This document shows positions 48,502-55,414 of a stretch of 55,414 bases of DNA, piece by piece (position 1 is the first letter of the stretch; each line of letters starts with the position of its first letter). The stretch spans positions 8,677-64,090 of the forward strand of contig PMBZ01000233.1 of the NCBI GenBank assembly GCA_003153975.1, in the 5' to 3' direction. This stretch comes from Hyphomicrobiales bacterium (GTDB taxonomy: Bacteria; Pseudomonadota; Alphaproteobacteria; Rhizobiales; Rhodomicrobiaceae). The translations under genes were made by a program, and so were the position numbers. The notes under the pieces were generated by a model that was not told the DNA's origin, made no database searches, and saw only the letters and a list, made by a program, of their open reading frames with translations.

Positions 48502-50655
48502 ATGGCTGAGCAGTCCTTCAATACGGAGGGCGATGCGCTGCGCCTGGGCGTGGGCGTGGAACAGGAGTTCCGTGGCGAGGCCATCCTCGCCGCCATAAAG
48601 GCGCTGTTGCAATCCGGCGTCAGCTATATCACCGCTTGTTACGGCTCGCCGTCCGCTCACCTCACCGGCAAGCTCAAGGCGGCCGAGGCAGTTTTCGGGG
48701 AACTCGGCGTCAATGCCATCATGTGCGCCAACGAGGCTGCCGCAGCGGCGGCGCTTGCGGCATCGGTGAACTATCCCTTGCGCGGGGCCGCGATCTTCGG
48801 CGGCCCGGCCGGAACTGCTTTCGCCGCCGGCGCCCTTGCCAATCTCGCCTCGGGCGGCCTCACGGGGGGCGCGCTGATCGTCGTGGCGGAAGAGTATGGC
48901 GAAGGCGGCTCCGGCGCTCAGGAGCGCAGCCATGCCCTGGCGATGAAATCGCAAATCTGGCTGCTCGATCCGAGGCCCAATCTGCCATCCATCGTGTCCG
49001 CTGTCGAAAAGGGTTTCGAGCTTTCCGAGGCTTCCGGCACGCCAGTCATGATCGAGCTTCGAAACCGCGCCTGCCACCTCTACGGCACCTTCAAGCCCAA
49101 GGACAACGTGCGGGCGGCGTTCGGGGCGGAAGACGCGCTGGATGCTCCGCGCCGCGACGCCAGCCGCATGGTATTTCCGCCGGCCGCCTGCCTCCAAGAG
49201 AAGGAAAAGATCGAAAAGCGCCTGCCCGCGGCCGTCCGGTTCATCGAGAAGCACCGGCTGAACGAGGTGTTCGGGGCCGGGGAAAGCGGCATCGGCTTCA
49301 TCGTCCAGGGCGGGCTTTACAACGCGCTTATCCAAGCGTTGCAAGCACTCGGGCTTGCCGATGCGTTCGGCGAAAGCAAGATACCGATTTACGTTCTCAA
49401 CGCCGTCTATCCCCTGATCGAAAGCGAGGTGCTCCGCTTTTGCGAGGGCAAGGACGCGGTCCTGGCGGTGGAGGAGGGACAGCCCGAATTCATCGAGCAG
49501 GGGCTACACACCATCCTGTCCCGGGCGGGCGCGGGCGTGCGCCTGGAAGGCAAGGGCATGCTGCCGCGCGCCGGCGAATATACCGGCGCCGTCATAAGGG
49601 CTGGCCTGGCGCGCTTCCTCAAGGCTTATCGCCCCGAGCTTCTGCCGCGCGAGCCGGAGCTGCCGGCGCGAGCCGCGGCACAGCGCGCGGCGCAGGCGGT
49701 AGCGTCCCATTTGCGCCCGCGCCCGCCGGTCTTTTGCAGCGGCTGTCCAGAGCGGCCGGTGCTGTCGGCGATCAAGCTCGCAACGCGGGAGCTGGGCGAT
49801 CTTCACGTCAGTTGCGACACCGGCTGTCACCTGTTCGCGGCGCAGCCGCCGCTGAGCCTCGGCAATACCGCGATGGGCTCAGGCCTGGGCGGGGCAAGTG
49901 CCGCGGCGCTGCCGGCCAACGGCGGCAAGCGCGCGATTTCGATCCTGGCAGGCACGACGTTCTGGCACAGCGGCCTCGTCTCCTCCATCGGCAACGCCGT
50001 CTTTAACAATGGCGACAATGTCCACATCGTCGTGGACAATGGCACGTCCGCTGAAAGCGCATCGCGGCCTTGCGCCGTGCCCTCTCCCTGGCGCCAGCCA
50101 AGAAGGCGGATCGAAGACACGCTGCGGGCGCTGGGTGTCCGCTGGATTTGGACCGTGCCCGAAACCTACGACATCAAGCGGATGCGTGAGGCCTTGAAGG
50201 AAGCGCTCGCAACGCCCGAAAGCGGCCCGAAGGTCATCGTCGCGCGGTCGGAATGCACGCTGGTGCGGGAGCGCCGCGAGGGGCCGGCCGCCGCCGTGCG
50301 GCTTAAGGAAGGCAAGCGCCTCCTCCGCCACAAGTATGGCACCGACCCCGCCATTTGCACGGGCGATCACACCTGCATCCGGCTTTCGGGCTGCCCCTCG
50401 CTCACAATCGTGCCCAATCCCGATCCGCTCAATCCCGAGCCCGTCACCTGCGTGGACCGCTCCTGCAACGGCTGCGGCTTGTGCGGAGAGATCGCGCACG
50501 CGGCCATCCTCTGCCCCACCTATTTCCGCGCGACCGTCATTCATAACCCGACCCTCCGGGACCGGCTCGGCGTCTGGTTCCGCTCCCGGATCATCTCCTA
50601 TTTCCAGCGCCGCCTCGAAAGGCCGGCTGCTTCCTTGGCCGGAGCGGATGGATGA
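48502..50655 (+). CDS. iorA: Indolepyruvate:ferredoxin oxidoreductase alpha-like subunit (divergent)
   Basis: KALLQSGVSY, GFELSEAS..PVM, RPPVFCSGCPERP, ferredoxin CTGDHTC..SGCP and CNGCGLC. Confidence 0.9.
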   Translation: MAEQSFNTEGDALRLGVGVEQEFRGEAILAAIKALLQSGVSYITACYGSPSAHLTGKLKAAEAVFGELGVNAIMCANEAAAAAALAASVNYPLRGAAIFGGPAGTAFAAGALANLASGGLTGGALIVVAEEYGEGGSGAQERSHALAMKSQIWLLDPRPNLPSIVSAVEKGFELSEASGTPVMIELRNRACHLYGTFKPKDNVRAAFGAEDALDAPRRDASRMVFPPAACLQEKEKIEKRLPAAVRFIEKHRLNEVFGAGESGIGFIVQGGLYNALIQALQALGLADAFGESKIPIYVLNAVYPLIESEVLRFCEGKDAVLAVEEGQPEFIEQGLHTILSRAGAGVRLEGKGMLPRAGEYTGAVIRAGLARFLKAYRPELLPREPELPARAAAQRAAQAVASHLRPRPPVFCSGCPERPVLSAIKLATRELGDLHVSCDTGCHLFAAQPPLSLGNTAMGSGLGGASAAALPANGGKRAISILAGTTFWHSGLVSSIGNAVFNNGDNVHIVVDNGTSAESASRPCAVPSPWRQPRRRIEDTLRALGVRWIWTVPETYDIKRMREALKEALATPESGPKVIVARSECTLVRERREGPAAAVRLKEGKRLLRHKYGTDPAICTGDHTCIRLSGCPSLTIVPNPDPLNPEPVTCVDRSCNGCGLCGEIAHAAILCPTYFRATVIHNPTLRDRLGVWFRSRIISYFQRRLERPAASLAGADG

Positions 50656-52181
50656 GCGAGCTGAAGCCAGCAAAGATTGTTGTCCTCGCCATGGGCGGCG
50701 AAGGCGGGGCCGCACTTGCGGGCTGGCTTGCAGATGCCGCTGAGCAGGCAGGCTTCATCGTGCAAACCACCCAGGAACGCGGCGTAGCCGAGCGCGGCGG
50801 CGCGGCAATGTATTACGCGGAGCTTTTCCCCAAAGCCTGGGCGGCCGGACAGGGCAAGGCGCCCGTTCTGGGCCTGACGCCGCTGCCCGGAGAGGTGGAT
50901 CTCGTAATCGCCTCCGAATTGATGGAAGCGGGACGCGCAATCGGGCGTGGCCTCGTAACTCAGGACCGGACGGTGCTCGTAGCTTCCACCCACCGGGTCT
51001 ATACGGTTGCGGAGAAGACGGCCCAGCGGGACAGCCGCGCCGATTCGAAGGCGCTTTTGGCGGCTTGCCGGAATTCTGCCCGGAGCTTCGTGGGCTTCGA
51101 CATGGCCCAGGCGGCGGCCGATGCGAAAAGCTCCGTCAACGCGGCGCTGCTCGGAGCCGTTGCCGCTTCCGGCGCGCTTTCCATACCGCCGGCGTTCTTC
51201 GAGGAAGCGATCCGCGGCGGCAGCGCCAATGCCGAAGCGGCACTTGCCGGTTTTGCCGCTGGACTGGCGGCGGTGAAGGATGGTGCGCTGCCCGCACCGC
51301 CAATGGCCCCGCTTTACCAAGTGCGCCTGCCCCCGAAACTCCTGGAGGAAGTGGAGCGGCACGCATGCGGCGATGCGCGGACGCTGATCCTTGCCGGGCT
51401 TGAGCGGACCGCCGATTATCAGGACTCCGCCTATGCGGCGCTTTACTGGCGGCGACTCCTTCCGTTCGTCACGCTGGCGGAAGACGGTGGCAACGCCGAA
51501 TGCGAGCTGCTTGCCGTGGCCGCCCGCCAGCTCGCCTTGGCGATGAGTTATCCGGATGTGATCCGGGTGGCCGAGCTTAAGTTGCGGGCTTCGCGCTTTG
51601 CCCGGATACGCGCCGATTTAGGGCTCACGGACCGGGAGGTCCTGGAGCTTGCCGAATTCATGCACCCGCGCATCGAGGAGGTTCTGGACACGATGCCGGC
51701 GGGCCTCGGACGGCGGCTGTTCAACAGCGCAATAGGCCGAGCCGTGCTGCGCAGGCTCACGGCGGAAGGCCGTCTCGTCCACACCACGTCGCTCAAGGGC
51801 TTTTTGCTTCTGTATTCGCTGGCCTCTCTCAAACCGTTGCGGCGCGGCTCGCTCCGCTTCGCGCGCGAAACCCAGCGGCTTGAGGAGTGGCTCGATACGG
51901 TTTGGGCCGCGGCCAAGCGCGATTTGCGGGTTGCCATAAGCCTGGCCCGCGCGCGCTGCCTGCTCCGAGGTTACGGCGAAACCCACGAGCGCGGCTTCAG
52001 GAAATACGAGGCGATCCGCGAATACGTGCAGAGCAACCGTTTTTCCGTTTCAGCAGGCAGCGTGAACGCGCTCGTGGCGGCCGCGCAGGCGGAAGAGGGA
52101 ACGGCCGCCCTGGAAGCCGCGCTCGCCAAGCTCAACGCCGAGCCGCAGCCGAGGGTTGGGCACTTCTCGCCCGCGAAGTGA
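50652..52181 (+). CDS. iorB: Indolepyruvate oxidoreductase beta-family subunit
   Basis: AMGGEGG, PGEVDLVIASELMEAGRA, MSYPDVIRVAELK; ATGA overlap with iorA. Confidence 0.88.
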   Translation: MSELKPAKIVVLAMGGEGGAALAGWLADAAEQAGFIVQTTQERGVAERGGAAMYYAELFPKAWAAGQGKAPVLGLTPLPGEVDLVIASELMEAGRAIGRGLVTQDRTVLVASTHRVYTVAEKTAQRDSRADSKALLAACRNSARSFVGFDMAQAAADAKSSVNAALLGAVAASGALSIPPAFFEEAIRGGSANAEAALAGFAAGLAAVKDGALPAPPMAPLYQVRLPPKLLEEVERHACGDARTLILAGLERTADYQDSAYAALYWRRLLPFVTLAEDGGNAECELLAVAARQLALAMSYPDVIRVAELKLRASRFARIRADLGLTDREVLELAEFMHPRIEEVLDTMPAGLGRRLFNSAIGRAVLRRLTAEGRLVHTTSLKGFLLLYSLASLKPLRRGSLRFARETQRLEEWLDTVWAAAKRDLRVAISLARARCLLRGYGETHERGFRKYEAIREYVQSNRFSVSAGSVNALVAAAQAEEGTAALEAALAKLNAEPQPRVGHFSPAK

Positions 52182-52195
52182 TGCGGCGCTTGGTC

Positions 52196-54304
<2,109 letters not shown>

Positions 54305-54314
54305 TTAGGGAATC

Positions 54315-54407
54315 TCCCCTGTCCCTCTCCCCATGGGAGAGGGGACGCCTGTACAACGGTTGCGGCTTTCGTCCCCTCTCCCAGGGGGAGAGGGACAGGG
54401 TGAGGGG
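54315..54407. repeat. Intergenic palindromic repeat (RIME/CIR-like)
   Basis: CCCTCTCCCCATGGGAGAGGG ... CCCTCTCCCAGGGGGAGAGGG. Confidence 0.75.
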
Positions 54408-54436
54408 TTGTGCCCTTAGTTACGGGAAACGCCATC

Positions 54437-55414
54437 TCACCCAACCTCATGCTTGGCTCCGATCAATTGCTCCGCGGCGGCGCGGGCGGCTTCGGTGATC
54501 TTCTTGCCGGCCAGCATGCGGGCGATTTCCTCGCGCCGACCGCCGGCGTCGAGCGCTTCCGCGCCGGTTTCCATCCGGCCGTCCTCGCCTTCGCCGCGCG
54601 CTGTCTTATAAAGCCGGTAATGCCCATCCGCGTGCGCGGCCACCTGCGGCGAGTGCGTGACGGCCAGCACCTGGGCCTTGGCCCCGAGCCGCATCAGCCG
54701 CTCGCCGATGGCCGAGGCCGTCGCGCCGCCAACACCCGTGTCGATTTCGTCGAAGACCAGAACGGGGGCGGTGTTCTTCTCCGCCAGCACCACTTTCAGC
54801 GCGAGCAGGAAGCGGGCAAGCTCGCCGCCAGAGGCCACTTTCATCAGCGCTCCGGGCGTGGAACCAGGGTTCGTCTGAACGTAAAACATGACCGTTTCAC
54901 GCCCCGAAGGCCCCCCAGCCAGGCCATCCTTGCCCTCGCCAAGCGCTTCAGTATGTGTAACGAAGCGGGCCTTTTCAAGCTTGAGCGGCTTCAGCTCCTT
55001 CTGCACCGCGCGGTCGAGCAGGCTGGCCGCGGCCCGGCGTTTTTCGCTCAGCGCATCGGCAGCCTTGCCGTAGGCCGATGCGGCAGCGGCGGCTTCCTTC
55101 CGCGCGGCGGTTAGCTCGCCCTCTCCGGTCTCAAGCCGGGACAGATCCTCCAGAAAGCGCTGGTGCACCTTGGGAAGCTCGCTCACCGGGACGCGGTGCT
55201 TGCGGGCGATGGCGCGGAGCTTGAACAGCCGCTCCTCGATGGCCTCGGGATTGCCATCGCCGCCTGCGCGAAGCTGCCCATCGACCAGCGCGCGCGCCTC
55301 TTCCGCCTCGATCATGACGCGCTCAAGCGCGCCGAGGATGGGGCGGAGGCTTTCGGGCAGATTCGGCTGCCGTTCGAGCCTACGCAAAACGCCTGAAATC
55401 TTGCTGGCCGGAAA
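54437..55414 (-). CDS. recN: DNA repair protein RecN (3' part; start outside window)
   Basis: ASGGELARFLLALKV, VFDEIDTGVGG, VTHSPQVAA, EEIARMLAG. Confidence 0.96.
   Translation of the reverse strand, partial: FPASKISGVLRRLERQPNLPESLRPILGALERVMIEAEEARALVDGQLRAGGDGNPEAIEERLFKLRAIARKHRVPVSELPKVHQRFLEDLSRLETGEGELTAARKEAAAAASAYGKAADALSEKRRAAASLLDRAVQKELKPLKLEKARFVTHTEALGEGKDGLAGGPSGRETVMFYVQTNPGSTPGALMKVASGGELARFLLALKVVLAEKNTAPVLVFDEIDTGVGGATASAIGERLMRLGAKAQVLAVTHSPQVAAHADGHYRLYKTARGEGEDGRMETGAEALDAGGRREEIARMLAGKKITEAARAAAEQLIGAKHEVG

Overview
Chromosomal window from a high-GC alphaproteobacterium; the gene content (phaR, Omp25/RopB-type porins, iorAB, recN-ligA) suggests Hyphomicrobiales, which is an inference. 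The left ~31.6 kb is accessory or mobile DNA. Its cargo includes a PQQ beta-propeller, an LRR protein, a Sel1-trypsin protease, a resolvase with res site, and a complete archaic chaperone-usher pilus cluster in which one pilin heads an apparent operon with two curlin (amyloid) genes; no csgEFG is visible. Next comes a phage-satellite-like module (P22-type terS, rusA, ssb, Rmf-like gene, replication region, xis, intact P4-type integrase) ending at a tRNA-Ser-like att core at 28043-28056. Its replication region is unusual: a ColE2-type primase-initiator reads through a ColE2-ori-like sequence into a lambda-O-like iteron-bearing initiator, with an overlapping mini-ORF that duplicates the Rep HTH and a predicted counter-transcribed RNA. 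Decayed integrase and Fic remnants follow. The right ~24 kb is mostly core genome (tRNA-Lys, phaR, phnD, rlmB, iorAB, ligA, recN). It also holds a candidate anti-SD multi-hairpin sRNA, an islet with a DUF218-like/membrane protein pair and two secreted Cys-rich peptides, a dead vapBC, and an IorA lacking the TPP-binding GDG motif. All family calls come from motifs recognised by eye; no database searches were run.
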